From positions 62,001 through 126,000 of the forward strand of contig NMRA01000730.1 of assembly GCA_002633005.1 (NCBI GenBank): DNA of 64,000 nt, written 5' to 3'. Origin of the DNA: Phoronis australis. Its lineage: Eukaryota; Animalia; Phoronida. Under the pieces are notes generated by a model. It had not been told where the DNA came from, searched no databases, and saw only the letters and a list, made by a program, of their open reading frames with translations. Shown here in pieces: positions 50,301 to 64,000 of the stretch (position 1 is its first letter; each line of letters opens with the position of its first letter). The translations under genes and the position numbers were made by a program.

Positions 50301-52044
50301 GCACTTTTAAGGGATAACAACTGAAACCAAAGAAATGTGGCCAGTGTCAGCAACGTACCTACGTTTCCCTTGCGGATAACTAAAACTCCTTATCAATTCG
50401 AGTCGAGCTGTCATAACTTTTCTCTTCATTCGTCATTCGATGATATGTGAAGGGTTTTCATTTCAGAACGTGAGCATTAGCCAGTATCATTTTCTTGCGG
50501 TGATTGGTTTTTGCGTCAAGTTAGTTAACGAAGACCCAGTTAGGACGTATCTCTGACCAGTATCAGATGATATGGGTCACTCAAGAAGTTTTGAGATAGA
50601 AGAAGAATGTCACCATAAAATTATGTACACCGAGGTCAAAAGTTTAAAAAGTTATTTAAAATAGCCATTTTATGAGCAGGGCCGGTTTATTTAAGCGTTC
50701 TGGTTTCCATAAAGGAGTACTTTAGAAGGGGACTTCTACCTACTGGAAAAATTATTTACCAGGGACCAAAGCCTTACACCCTGCCCTGTGACATACGGAT
50801 TTTTTTAAAAAGGTCTTAAAAGGAGATCAGTGTCAATAATATTCTTCATATCCATATTGTCATTTTTGATTTCCCTAAATCCTAAATTTCCAGCTTAATT
50901 CAGTGAACCGGAATCCAGCATTTCAGGCGAAGTAACTTTCTTTGATCTTCTTGCTAATTAAGATCCGAGCCGACGTGTACTGAAATTGAACCTACATCAG
51001 CATTCAACTGTGACAGAGCAGGCCACATATGTACAGTAAGCAAATCTATCTAGTAGCCCGCGGCTGTCTATCGACCTTGTGTGAAGAAAACGAACGTTAG
51101 GGGCCATATGAAGGCCCCAGGTAATAGAGAAGGCTGAATTTCTCAAGCCAGGTTTAAATTGAGGGAAATCACAGGGTGCGGTACCCGACCAAAGAATTTT
51201 TATTTGTTACGTACATGTAGGTCCACATCAGGCAGTATTTCACCCTGTATAGTTGGCTATAAACCGAAATCGAAGTTGACTGTTTGGCCGGGGTAAGGTA
51301 CGTTTACCGTTACCAAAAAGAACTTTGAAACCGTCTGCGCCGCATGAAAACGCGTATGAATTTCAATTGTAGATGGCCAACTCTAAAGTTGCGAATTCGA
51401 AAATAGTGCATGTACAGCTTGTAATTTGAGTTGATAACGCTGGATTTTATGAGAGTAGCCGTCTAACTAAACACGCCAAAATACAGCGTTAAAACTTTTA
51501 ATTTTCGGCTGGTTACGTGTCTCGTGTGGAAATCCAATTCAATGTTGCAGGTTTTTACTCATGTATTTACATGTAGTTCAGAGAGCGACCTCCCTTCCGA
51601 TTCTACCGCGTCTGGGCACGTGGTTTTGTGATTTCGTTCTGAGTAACCTGGTTACGTTCTGAGTAGAAAGTATCATCAAGTGTAAAATGAATGCAGAGTA
51701 GTTTTCAACTATTTTTTCCAAAAGAGTCCCAAGTGCATTCGTGTTAAGCTTTGTAGTAGTGACTTGTCAACTTGTTTTTTTAATAAACAACAAAAAATAC
51801 CGAAACACCGCCTGAATTTTCAAAAATACTATTTTGGACCCCGAGTTTTAATTTTAGTTATTGTTACTCAAGTTTTTGCCTCATTGACTCGATTTGTGTC
51901 ATTTCAGAGGCATCTTCCTGAGTTTCGAGTGCCCTTTTGGTACAAGCCTAGATTCGCCGGTGACAGTGCCTATGCGGAATATTCGTTGAATGTTATGTTG
52001 GTAGGGCCGCTGTCTGGTCGCCCAGATACCCAGCGAAAGCTTTG

Positions 52045-52177
52045 TAAATCACGTGACTTCGGTTCATGACGTCAGACGTTGTTCGCATTCGGTTCAACAT
52101 GGCGGAAGTGTGGTGATACATAACGATGCTATGGAAATTTTGAATCATGCTATGCCTTTAATAAGCCTGTTTGAAAG
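52045..52177 (+). promoter_or_regulatory. Promoter and first exon of an unidentified gene
   Basis: TCACGTGAC E-box, ATGACGTCA CRE, AACATGGCGG (YY1) overlapping CGGAAGTG (ETS), then GAAAG|gtatgt donor at 52178. Confidence 0.6.
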
Positions 52178-55100
52178 GTATGTATTCGACTGTTAGCATT
52201 AGCTATATTTGAAAATTGTAGCGGCACTGTATTGTTTCACCTAGACGTTGAGAAGTGCAGTTCTTTGCTTGGTGAATGTTTCATTCGTCCCGCTGTCCTG
52301 AGACCGGGTTGAAAGTCAAACACTGCTGATTCTTCGGTCTGTATTGTTGGATCAAACTGTTATTTTATTCACCATACCTAACTTCTTCAAGAAATTTTGA
52401 CTAACTCTGATTTTAGTTGTTCTTGCATTTCAACCTCATTTTTATATTTATTCCTGTTAATAATTGCCACAATCTAAGTAAAACGGCTAAATCGGCGGTT
52501 CACTGGTGGATAGTAGTATTTCCTGGTATCACAAACAGAACCAATTTCCACCAATGGTGGGGCGGGACAAATGCAGTCATAGTTTCATGGACTGAGAAGA
52601 CATCTTTCAAAATGCGTAGTGCTAGAGGAATAATTTTAATACCGTATGACATGCTCTACATCCCATCAGATCTATCTCGAAGAAAAAATTGGGTTTGGAC
52701 ACTAGTCTCTTGACTAATGTAGAAAACCAGTTTCATCCATTGAATAATGGGCTCCACATTCAGTGGTTGCCTGGTTCTCAAAATCAGCGACCATTATATC
52801 CGACTAGTGTGGACTGTTTGATTGCACAAATTACAAAATTTTGAATCTGTTATTAGTTGTGTATTTATCTCGGTGGTTCATAAAGATAGGAAATAAATTG
52901 ATACTACACACATCCATTTGCTTTGTTAATTTCTTCTCCTGAGCGATAAGTTGAGTAATTTTCACTTACTTTTTCTTGTAATTTGTGACCTTTCCTCTGA
53001 GTTAAAACTGATGCACCGTATTTGGCGAAAAAGTAAAATTGTTAAGTTATGCATTGAAATGAATCATGATACTCGGATTTGGGAAAACAATTCCTAGTCG
53101 CTTGTCTTTGCATTCTCTGTTGTTCAATTATTGCTGAAATTTTTATTCGTAAAAATCTGAAATATGCTCAGTGAATCATACTGAATCTCAATGTCTTCAA
53201 CGTGTTAGTGAAAAAAATTCAAATTTTGTGAAAATTTCAAGTTTCAACTCCAAACAATCAAAAAACAATCTCAGACGTGGTTTAAAGTTTTTAATGCACA
53301 AATTCAAAAGCTGGCAAAGTTTAGACTTTTCAGTGAAACATGTATGCTAGTATCCTAAGGCTTAAAATTCCATATCACCTTCACAATCCATTCCTTAATA
53401 GTTCAAACACTAGTCTCCCAGGGACTTGTGACTCAACACCTTATCTACCTTGTTGGGTTATGTAATAGAATTATCTCTCAGTTCTCTCTGAATACTACCT
53501 GTGGTGAGACCACTGACCAGTGCATAAGAAGACTTGATCTCTAGTTAGGGTGGGTAACAGGTGTTATTTGTACAAGGCTTGGGATATGTTGTCCTTCATG
53601 TTGTGGGTTGTGGCCTGAGGGTGAATGTCCCAATTCCAACTGGGAAAATGGCTACCAAGAGGAAAACCTACAAGCTTTCTCTAGGATTACAGAAAACAGA
53701 TGGAATTCACAAAATCGGACTTCTTTCATATAATTAGAGATTTCTTGCGACACAATTTTTTCAGTTGCAGATACAACTATTCCATTTTTGTTTTTTATTT
53801 GCCAAAAGTTAAGAATACAATCTGTCAAATTTGACATATATTCTGGTCACAAATTGATCGACGATCATTCTTCCTGAATATGGCACTGGTGTTTTTTCTG
53901 GTTTCAAGAAACAAAACCATTGTGTGAAGCAAGGTTTCAGGTGAAATGGAGCTGTGGTACAATTTTGCAGAAAAGGAAGTCAATTCTCAGTCCATTTTTG
54001 TGTTATTTGTCTCTGTGAAATAGTATGATGGAGTGTTCGCAGAGCAAAGAAACCCAGAATTTATGTTTGCTAAAATGGATTCCTTTGTTTTTGATAATAG
54101 AAAGCATGGTCTCTTGTAAATGAATGATGACAAAGTTTTACTGAGACAAAACTGGTCAGTTTGGCTTGTTGCCAGTGCTACAATTTACTAAAATTTTCTT
54201 ACAACAACACCTGAGATGGGGTTGCTTCATTGTATTTTGGGGATGACGCGGTAATCTCTGCAGATCACGATCATGAAAAAATAATTACATTTCTCTAACC
54301 GTTCCTAATTCAGAAATACCAGCGTTCGCAATATCGTGGTTTTGTAAGTTGAAGAATGCTGTTCTGCACAAAAGCGCTTGTGATTGGTATTTCAAGAAAG
54401 GTAAACTACAAAAAGGTGCTTAGACGTTCATGGCCGATCTACGAAACACAGTAGAGCATACGATTACCGAGAGACTTAAAAGTTAGGAGATGCATGCTGC
54501 TGAATGGTTAAATATTAAAAACTCGGTGTCATACATTTACCAAATGTAGCCTGTGGACATTTAGCTGAAGATGAACGATGAGGAACCGCTGCATGGGTAC
54601 TCTACTACTGAGGTTGGTATTTAGTGAAAGGTTAACATTTTTTGTTTTGCGTCATGTTTCTGATGTCCATGCCAATCAAATCTGTCGTTAATTGTCTCGG
54701 TTGTCACTTTCTCAATCAGCATAGTGGTTGGCTTAAATGCAACATGTTGATGTGACATGTCGGATAAATCTAGACTATACCACAGTGGGATAAAGCGCAC
54801 AATGACATCGCCGGATATTGTTAATTTTCCACGCCGTTGAGATAGCTAACAAATGCATTTCAAAGGGAAACAAATGTCGCTGTAGCATTAGGTTTTAGCA
54901 TGACTGTTATGGGTAGAAATGTAATCGGCCGCAAGTTAGGTACTGTCCGTACTGTCCGTACTTATAGAAAGGGCTTGGAATGCCATTATTCAATAGATGT
55001 ACTTTCTGGAATGAAAAATAACTGAAAATGGATAATTTTTGGTGGTCTTGTTAGAGCTTTCTTAATCTAGAAAGGTTGTTATACTTTAGAGCCAAAATAT

Positions 55101-58100
55101 TCACCGAGGTGATATCTGTTGCAGTTTGCTGAGGCTAGCGCCCACCCCTAATTTACTTCACCAAATTGATTTTCACAAGGGGCACGTTTTTAAATATAGA
55201 AATTGGATCATTTTCAAGTCACACTGTAGTTTACGGTCATCGCCGAGGACTTCGCATTTTGAGCGTCTTTTGCAGTGCATTAAAACCGAGTAGAGTTCAG
55301 AATTGCTAGGACCTCGCTATAGAGCAAGACTTTGCGAGATTACGTGAGGTATTGCCGTGTATTTTAAATGAGAACACGTGAGTTTGGTTAGATTTTAGCA
55401 AGGTCCTAGCGTTACTGAACTCTGCCCTGGCCATGTGTGGCCGTAGTTGAAATTGACACTTATGCAGTCCATAGTCAGTCACAGACTCTCATTCCAAGAT
55501 ACAGCAGTCTTATTTTTGAAAAGAATTCAAAGTTTTAAGAGCATAATCTTGACTGTAAATGACATGCGTCATGGGGTCACGTGTCATTTTGTGGCTGACC
55601 TATTTTATCCCGATATAGCACATATTCGGTGCCAAGGGAACAAACTTGAATCACCTGATTATGGAAATCCGCACGAAGTCCAAGTATTGAGCTTTTTATT
55701 TTAATGTAAAATTAATTACTGAAGGCATAAACAACATGTCACAAGATTTTTGCTCGTGAAATTTGCGTTTCATTGTTTCCGCTCATCAATACGTCATTTT
55801 GCCAGGGGATTTAAAGCTTCGTCAACATTTTTGACAGAATGTTTTTCTATCCTTCAAGTTGCAAAATTAGAACTGCAAACAAAATGAGGGAGTTTGCGCT
55901 TAGGTTCACGGTATCTTACTTTGCTTCTTCAGTGACGTTGATGACATTCATATGGTAGGTCATTCTTAAAAAAATTCGCAATTATTTTTTCAACATGTAT
56001 TTTTTTTGCTATTTCAAGATTGATAGTTATGTATTTGAATGCACTTGTCGATTAGAGAGTGCCGATTTAATTTTCGACAAATTCTTAGAACTTCAAGTCT
56101 GTGGACTTCGGTTTCGAGGATCATGGGTGGCCAGAGTGACCCTCTGGTTCAGTTCAGGTTAAGCATCCGTGTTAGAGTAAGCGCACATCGTCAATTTCTT
56201 GAAATTTCCGATTTAAGCATCCGTCTGTGGGTTAAGAATCCATCACTGGGTTAAGTGCCCCCACCTCTGGCCCTCACCTGGCCCCCAATTTCCAAGATCG
56301 ACAGATAAGCATCCTGGGTGTTAACCTGGTTGTTAACAGTATAAGGTCATACTGAAATTGGTGTTTTAAGAATGCATCATTTGTCTGCTCATCAGACTAT
56401 CCAGGTAGGTTATAGTGTTGAGGATTTGCAGCCAAGATGTCTCTCTATGTCTGGACGTGTCTGATGGTTTTCAAATCTTGGAGTGTAACTGGGGTAATGT
56501 CATTTTTCACCAGCTGTTTGCAAAGCCATTGAATAACTTGACTATCTTTGCCATCAATCATCTGTTATCTAGCCATTTGGACATGGACTTTGAATATTGG
56601 CAGCATGTTTCAGTAGCTAGAATTATAGAGGAGGTTCTATATAACTTTGTTTGTAGTAAGACTCATGCCCACCAATTATTAAAGAAAGCACAACTTTGAT
56701 ATGCTTATATACACCTTATTTTCCTGTGGAAGTCCTGCAGGTTCTCATTTATGATATTGGAATAGGAGGTACCTACTAAGGGTCAAGTTGTGAACCCACA
56801 TCAATCGCTCTGGTTTTCAATAAAGGCACCCTGGATATCAGTAGGTTGTGTTTGCTCAAGTTTGCCCCAAACGCAATACCTGGACAGCCACAAAAATAGT
56901 TACCGTAGCTGAGCCAATAGGAGGTGTGGCAGGACAACTTCGTTAAGGGAGAGAATGCCTTGGTTTTAGCACGTTGTGCGTATCTTGCATGGTTTTGTCT
57001 GTCTGCCTGTCTGTGAGGAAGGCGTTTCGTTGGAGTCAGCCGAGTTCACCGCAAAGTCACAAAGCATTAAGCTTGGTACACGACGTCTGATTTCCATAAA
57101 AACTCAGCCAATGGCTGAGACAATGACAATGTTTGATTAATTTTCACACTCATGCTTATGATTGACTTTGGTTGGTTAATCAACTCGCAATTTTGAAGGT
57201 TTCTTGCTTAATGACTTATCGAAGGAAGAGGTGACGGATGACTCGCCTCGCCTTCTTGACTGTATTCCATAGGTCTAAGACATTAGCGTGCATTTGTGGC
57301 AAAAAAATATCTGCTTATAAGTTGGAAACGGTGAGTTCTATTCCATAGTTCATGAATTTTATCCCATAATTCAGCATTACAACCTTACCGACCAATCAAT
57401 TCAGTGTCCACCATTTTGGTAGGCTGTGCTAATAAGAACTCGAGCATACTCGTAAACGCGCGTTCTTGGGTGATCTCGTCAGCACTCGTGATACCGCTGA
57501 AAGAGAATGCTTCATTTTCTAGGATTGAAATGGCCAGTTTCTGCATTTTGCAAGTTTTGCTGTAATTGGATAGAAAATATGCGTAATTGTCTGTCAGATG
57601 TAGGGAAAGGTCCGATAAAGGAAGGCCAGTGGGAGACGACTGTAGTGATTCAGGACTCGTTTTGAATATAGAGTGAGAATGTAGAAATTTGTCAGGTTTG
57701 GAAAGGTGCTTGTGTCCGTGAGGGGAATTTTTTCGAGTGAGTTGAAATATCCCTCCCCTAAGTCGTTACCAATTCAAGACACTGCATGAGTTAAGTGATT
57801 CTAAACTTGAGGTGAACTTTTTATTCACTGGAGACAAATTTATTGGGGCCTGATGAGGGAATTATGTAACTGATTTTAAATAGTTTTTGATAAGGGCATT
57901 GGAATAGAGCTGATTGCTTTAAATGTAAACGAGTGTTAAACTTGACTATAGACATCTTGTGCTACAAACCGAGCTTAAAATGGACCATAATTTTCTCAAT
58001 TTATTCTCTTTTAAGAAATTTGACAAAGCAAAATTTCACTCATCAGCCATATTATGTGTTAAATGGCAAAGAATTGCCATAATATAGCTGCGTTATACGG

Positions 58101-60689
58101 ACACTGAACTTTACATCTGCAGATTAAAAGCTTGTTATTAGACTCAATTTGTGCTGACATATTTCGTGTTGTATTGCCATGCTGTGAAATCCTATTTTCT
58201 TGGCGAACTTTGTTGTCCTTTCGGTGATTTAACATGTTTCTGCCAAATCCCGGTGAAAAAATTCTCAGTTACTGACCTGGGTGCAACGTTTCATGAAAGC
58301 AGAGTGTCTGACAACAGTATTGGCTTATTGTGGTCACCCCACTGTTTGGAGTTATACCATTGATATCATGCCAACGATCAATGTTTTGGTATCAGACAAG
58401 TTTTGAAACTGGTGTCATGTGTAGTGACCGGAGGAGAAACAGTATTTCAAAAACGTGTGTTGAGTAGCACTCGACTGGTTCTCAAAAACATTGACGCAGG
58501 TGGGTTGCATTGGTGCATTTGAGCCAGCAGTTATAAACAAGGTATTCTTGAGGAATGAAGGTCAGAAAGGAAATTATTGTGGCTGTCTTGGCTAGTCCTT
58601 AGAAAATTAGTGTGGGTGCATTTGTGTGGCTTTTGAAAAAGATCAACAAATTATGTTGATTAGGAGCGGTGAGACGCAGGTTTCAAAATGAGTTGAGGTG
58701 TAGTTGTTGCAGACCAGAACCATGTTGCTTTTTTGGCCTAATTCATACGTTTCTCCTGTTACCATTACTAGCATTTTTCGTTTCATGATTTTACTGCATT
58801 TTACAAACTCAACATATTAGACTTAATTGTGATATAAACTCACCTATTTCTGTGAAAAATAATTGTCAGAATTGGTCCGTTTTCAATTTTCTAGTTTCTA
58901 ATTTCAAATTTAAGACTTCTGATTGGAGCCATGGTACGAAACTTGAAAATGAAAATAGCAGTTACTTAGTACTAATTATGTTAAAAGATGGAAAAGTAAA
59001 ATTTTGTCTGCCATATTGTGTCCTAAAAGTGATGGGACTTTATCATAATTAAGTTGGGCGATTGTTTCATAACTTTCTAATTGCAGTTGTTAGAAATTCC
59101 ACATGATTTTCCGCTGCAGTTGGTTTCATGTGAGTGGCATGAGTGTGCCATGTCTGGGCCTCCATTATTATTGACCTATAATAAGCCGTAATGGCACAAC
59201 TGGGTTACGTTGATAAGGTATTGTGCGGTTTATGGATTTTCATACTTATAAAGAGCCTGTTACCATTGTATTTATTAGTTACTGGATGCGCTCAGCTGGC
59301 CATCAATAAAACGAATTTACAGCATACCTAACCAAGGTGAGGCTGGAACTTGGTCAAATTTGTCTGGTTGAAGTTATTTCCTTGATCGATATACCCCCCC
59401 CCCATTCGTGGTATGAATTGTGGTGAATGTGGTGAATATATTTTTCCACTTAGGATATGTGTGTTAATGGTTACTATTTCAAATGCAAGGCCAAATGCAA
59501 AATAAAAATGCGCTAGATATGCATATAGAAAACAACTTCGCTTTAGGAGTACTCGGTAGCTTCTTATGGGAAATTTCATAGTAATTGGTTGTGCAATGCG
59601 TCCTCTATAGGAAAACACGTTTTTGTCCCGAAATCGAGGTGCCCAAACGTAATGGCCGATGTTTCTGCCATCTTTAACTGGAAGTGAATGGTTTAAATGG
59701 CTCATCTATAGTGCTTGTTTGCTACAATAATTTTCAACCCAGCCGTGTGCGTCAAATATTTGGCCTTTATGAGCATTTGAGTCTGAATTGGAAAACAAAA
59801 TGGCCAATCTTTTCGAAAAACAAGCGTGCAGCTATTCTGGGGCTAGAGGTTGTGTGTGAATTTCGTGCGAATCGGACGAAAAATGTAACCTGTAGAGTGT
59901 GAACAAACAAAAAAACTCAAAAATTGAAACATTTTGCTTAGTAATGTAAACATGATTAAATGGTTACATAACCCAAGACTGGCATGTTTGGTCTTAGGTC
60001 TTAGGTCTTACTTATGTCATTAGCTCTAAAACCTGCCATGGTTCACAGCTAGGTCTCTAGAGCGCGGTCAATGACCTTGTCGATGGGTCTTTTGAGCCCA
60101 GCATGCGTGTTGCGAGTTGTCATAGCAAAAGAGACGTCCCTTGCCAGAGCAGTTCATTACTGTTACAAAACTCAGGTAAGGCTGAATCATTTGCCTACTT
60201 CTGTCGCATTGAAAAGTTCAGTAAAAGTAAGTTTTTGTTATAAGTTGTTATTCACCGACAAAACTATTTGAAGAATCCTACTGGCCCTCTGGAATTGTAG
60301 AATTGAGATCAGCGACATAGGACCATTCAGTTTGATGCTAGGCATTTTGGGATCGCGTGTCAGCATCTATTGTTGACTGTTTTACGAACTAGCAAGTCTA
60401 TGATCAGACCCTGTTGATACAAAACACACAGGGCCCTCACTCTCCTAAGGGGAAAGGTGCCTGTACCGTCTGAAAAGGGTAATTTTTGCGGTGTTTTTTA
60501 TTAAGAGGGATTTTCACAGCGTTTTTTACTAGGAAGATGTTTTTTGTTATGTTCATTTGCTGCACTGTTTTTTATGACAATACTTATGCTTTAACAAATA
60601 GCAAACTTGTATCAGTTTCAAGTTATACAATAAAAAGTAACCCACTGTTATATCCAACATTTATCTGTACAAGAGCGAGTGAAGATGTC

Positions 60690-60786
60690 TGTGCGTGCGT
60701 GTGTGTGTGTGTGTGCGTGCGTGCCTTCATGACTTCGTGAGTGCCTGCGTGTGTGCCTGCGTGCTTTGCGTGCCTACGTGTGTGTA
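60690..60786. repeat. (GT)n/(GCGT)n compound microsatellite
   Basis: Direct reading of the sequence. Confidence 0.85.
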
Positions 60787-61004
60787 GAGGGCATTCAGTG
60801 AGGCTCTACTTGAAGGTTTGACGAGATCCACGAGTCTCTGACGTCGCTGAGCACTTGCTTAACTTTAACAGAGAATACATGACCTCTAGTTTGTTCTTGT
60901 ACAGCTTTGTTAGGGCAACATTGTTTTGGTGTGCTTTGCTGAACATATGTTCTTATTACCATGGAAACTTAGAGGTGAAGTAACTTTGAGTTGCCAGTGG
61001 TTCA

Positions 61005-61285
61005 GCTTGTTCATATTCCTGGACTTGTTCATATTCCTGGACTTGTTCGTATTCCTCGACTTGTTCGTATTCCTCGACTTGTTCGTATTCCTCGACTTGT
61101 TCGTATTCCTCGACTTGTTCATATTCCTCGACTTGTTCGTATTCCTCGACTTCTTCGTATTTCTCGACTTGTTCGTATTCCTTCACTTGTTCAAGTTCTT
61201 TTACTTGTTCAAATTCATTGACTTGTTCGTATTCTTTGACTTCTTCACATTCCTTGACTTGTTCATATTGCTTGACTTGTTCAAT
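61005..61285. repeat. 18-bp minisatellite (GACTTGTTCGTATTCCTC), about 15 units
   Basis: Tandem units, diverging toward the right end; open in several frames. Confidence 0.92.
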
Positions 61286-64000
61286 AAAAAGTAATGGAGG
61301 GTATCCTGTGCCTGCTTCTGGGTTAATGGGAGAATACAAAGGTCTGTTTATGGTGTGAACAGGTAATAATAGGTTTGAGGTTGGATAATAGAAAAAGGTT
61401 ATGTTTGTGATACCAATCATTTATTTTATGTTCTGTCAGAGGTGATGGAAAGCATTTTCACTTGGATTCGGTTGACTAATTTCGAGCAAGATCCAGTGTG
61501 GTTGACCTTGTTCAGCCCGAAATGTCTTGATCATGTCTGAGTTCAAGGAAAAGCCTGGTCATGTTTCATCCTCATTTCTTGTGAATATGTATTACCTGGT
61601 TAGTCACGTTGCGATTAGGCCTATCGCAAATCTGACTACTTTATTGTTTGTTTCCATACTTGAAAGAATCTTGTTTCCGGCAGTCTGAATGTTATAGGTT
61701 TGACGTTACGTAAGTTAGAAGATCTGACATTTTCATAGAGTTGAAATTTAACCAGCAAGCATTCTCGTTGGTTTCAGTTTCATCTTTTTTGGTTAGGACT
61801 ATTTCAGTCTTGGCTTCAGTGAGTTTGTGGAAAAAATCTGTAAAAATATGAAACAAAAATCATGCACACTGGAATTAGTAATGCCATAAAACATCTAGAA
61901 ATTCACTAAAAGATGCCACTTTGTAATATGGAGCAATGAAATATGAACAGTCAAAATACTCTCAGCAACAGATTGAAAGCAGCTATGCACCCACCTTATG
62001 TCACAAAAAAATGATTTACCATCATCAAATTGGTCTCAAATTGTTCCTTAGTAAAAAAATGTGAGTTTTCGTGGCTTCGAAGGATGTGATGGCCTTCATT
62101 TTTTCTTGAAACCTGTCTCTTTCAATTGATTTGTCATGGAGTATCATTTTACTAGACAAGCATGGTCTTGATGCCTGAAATACGGAGTGTTAGTTCTCTG
62201 CAAGATGAAAAATCACGTGTCATCGAAGTGAGTAAGAAGTTGAGACAGATTTTATTGAGTTACCGACATTTACCGTATGTGCTGTAAATTAACGTTTAGT
62301 TTGTTGGACGCAGGCGCTGAATCTATTCCTCTCTGAGGCTGATCTCAGAAAATGACCTGAATTGTGTCCCCACTGCGCTGGAATCACTGCCAGAAAAAGA
62401 GGCCATGCAATATTTTGTGGCGGCTTCCCAGTTTTTATGTGCCCCGACCCATGATTTGAAAATTGCTCATCTGTGATAGTCTCCGTTCCTCTGTTTCATC
62501 CATCCCTCTCTGGCTGGATGCTTGTTGACGCTTGTATTGCTTTCGGTGCTTTCGGAGATATCATTATTCATCGTCAATTACATTTTCTGTAGCAAGCATT
62601 AAAGTACAGAATTGTTATCAATCTTAAACAATCCACTCGACTGGATCATTTATTTTGTATTAAAGATTCTGTTGAGCCCACTTGCAATTACTGAAGCACA
62701 CCTTGAGATTTCTTTCAAGTTGTTAATGTTAATTGGTTTGTGGCTTTTCTATGTGATGTGAAGCTGTTTTGTAATTGGCGTGAAATTCAAAACCTCAGTG
62801 AATGCTGGTTTCAGTTTTCGTGGAAAAGTTTTGAAGAAGAACGTACACTGTATTTGGTGACGGGGTGTTTTGAAATCTGCAATCGAAGCCTTCAAAGTTT
62901 GTCAGCCAGGTTTCATTGCCAATCTACAGCACATCCATTTTATCTGTGTTCTAGTCAACTTAACACAAGATGATTAGTAATTAGTGTCTGGTTTTATTAA
63001 TGCAGATGTGTGCAGTTCCTTTTGAATGGGTCAATGAAGGCTTTTCGGGACCAAAGTAGGAAGCATTATGGTGCCTTTATTTTCCAGGGATTATTATTAC
63101 AACTCCAGACAATTTACCTGCTTTATCATGGCCAGTAAACACCACTTTACTCCCTTTTGAAATTGTTTTTTCAGCTCAATCAGACATATTGCTTACAAAG
63201 CTGAGTAATGTCAATGTTTTTTAGCTTGTGAAATTTGCTGTTTTGAAAAACATCTTTTTTCAGATGGTTATGTTTGTGTCTAGATTAGTTTTAGTTAAAA
63301 CTGAATTGTAAAGTTACAGATGACAAATTTGTTGTAAAATAGCTGTTGTGTTCATTTGGTGTTTGAGCATGTCCACCACTCTTTCGATGTGGGGTAAGGG
63401 TCTATTTGGTTCTAAAGATCAGATGTTGTGATGGGATGTTTGTTCAAATGGACTCATGATTGTCACATGTATTCATAACATCTCCATTAACCCAAGGTCC
63501 TGCTACATCAATCTATTATTCTTGATCTTCATGTGAGCTTAAACTTTTACCATTACATGACCCAATTTAAAAATGTGGGTGACCAGCCCAGGAGTTCCAT
63601 GTTGGTAAGCCACAAACATTCTTCATTGGTGGCCTTGATGTGACCTTGAAGTGGTGTTGATGTTACGTTTTTGTTACCTTCTCCTTGATGGCGGCTGACC
63701 TAGAAGTGTCTGTTGCCACGAACTGTTTAAGCCCATCTCAGAGGAGTGACAGGGCGCCTTTCACTTTAGGGGAAAGGTGGCCTTCCCCCATGTCGCTACC
63801 CCTCATCGGCTCTGCCTCAGCTGGCCTGTGTTGAGTTAGAAGCAAAAGCTTCTATCTCAACACAGGCCAGCTTTTGCTTCTAACCTCGATGGCTATTTTT
63901 AATTGTTCCATTGAAATTTTTCGGTCAGACAGTAATTTCATATGATTTTTAAGAATTTTCGAAAGAATGTGTCTGATATTTGAGGATCGAGGGTACTGGG

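Noticed and set aside
42061-51900. Protein-coding genes among the short ORFs
   Set aside because: No recognisable domains or consistent exon chains; the region looks like UTR, intergenic and repeat sequence.
61005-61285. CRISPR-like array, or a plus-strand (FLDLFV)n membrane protein
   Set aside because: Head-to-tail repeats with no spacers in a eukaryotic context; the plus-strand ORFs are by-products of an 18-bp period.

Overview
AT-rich eukaryotic (metazoan, invertebrate-like; species not determinable) genomic DNA with spliceosomal genes. From left to right it holds: the last coding exon of ELOF1 (+); RNF170 (-; 4 coding exons, with a ~1.8 kb block duplicated exactly across an assembly N); a ~360 bp bidirectional promoter; an intronless 3 kb ubinuclein (UBN1/2-like, HIRA complex) ORF (+); PIGG (+; 11 coding exons) immediately downstream; PLGRKT (-; 4 coding exons); a small unnamed type I membrane protein (signal peptide + one FN3 + Thr-rich stalk + TM; +); and a promoter plus first exon of an unidentified gene near 52.1 kb. 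Repeats include a TTAA-flanked, THAP-bearing Kolobok-like DNA transposon relic, a Penelope-like GIY-YIG remnant with a variant hammerhead ribozyme, tRNA-derived SINE-like elements, several MITE families and an 18-bp minisatellite that reads (EQVEEY)n. The most intriguing structure is the intronless ubinuclein sitting between a promoter-proximal splice donor and the PIGG 5'-UTR acceptor. This suggests a retro-derived gene nested in, and sharing the first exon of, PIGG. All calls were made by eye and no database searches were run.
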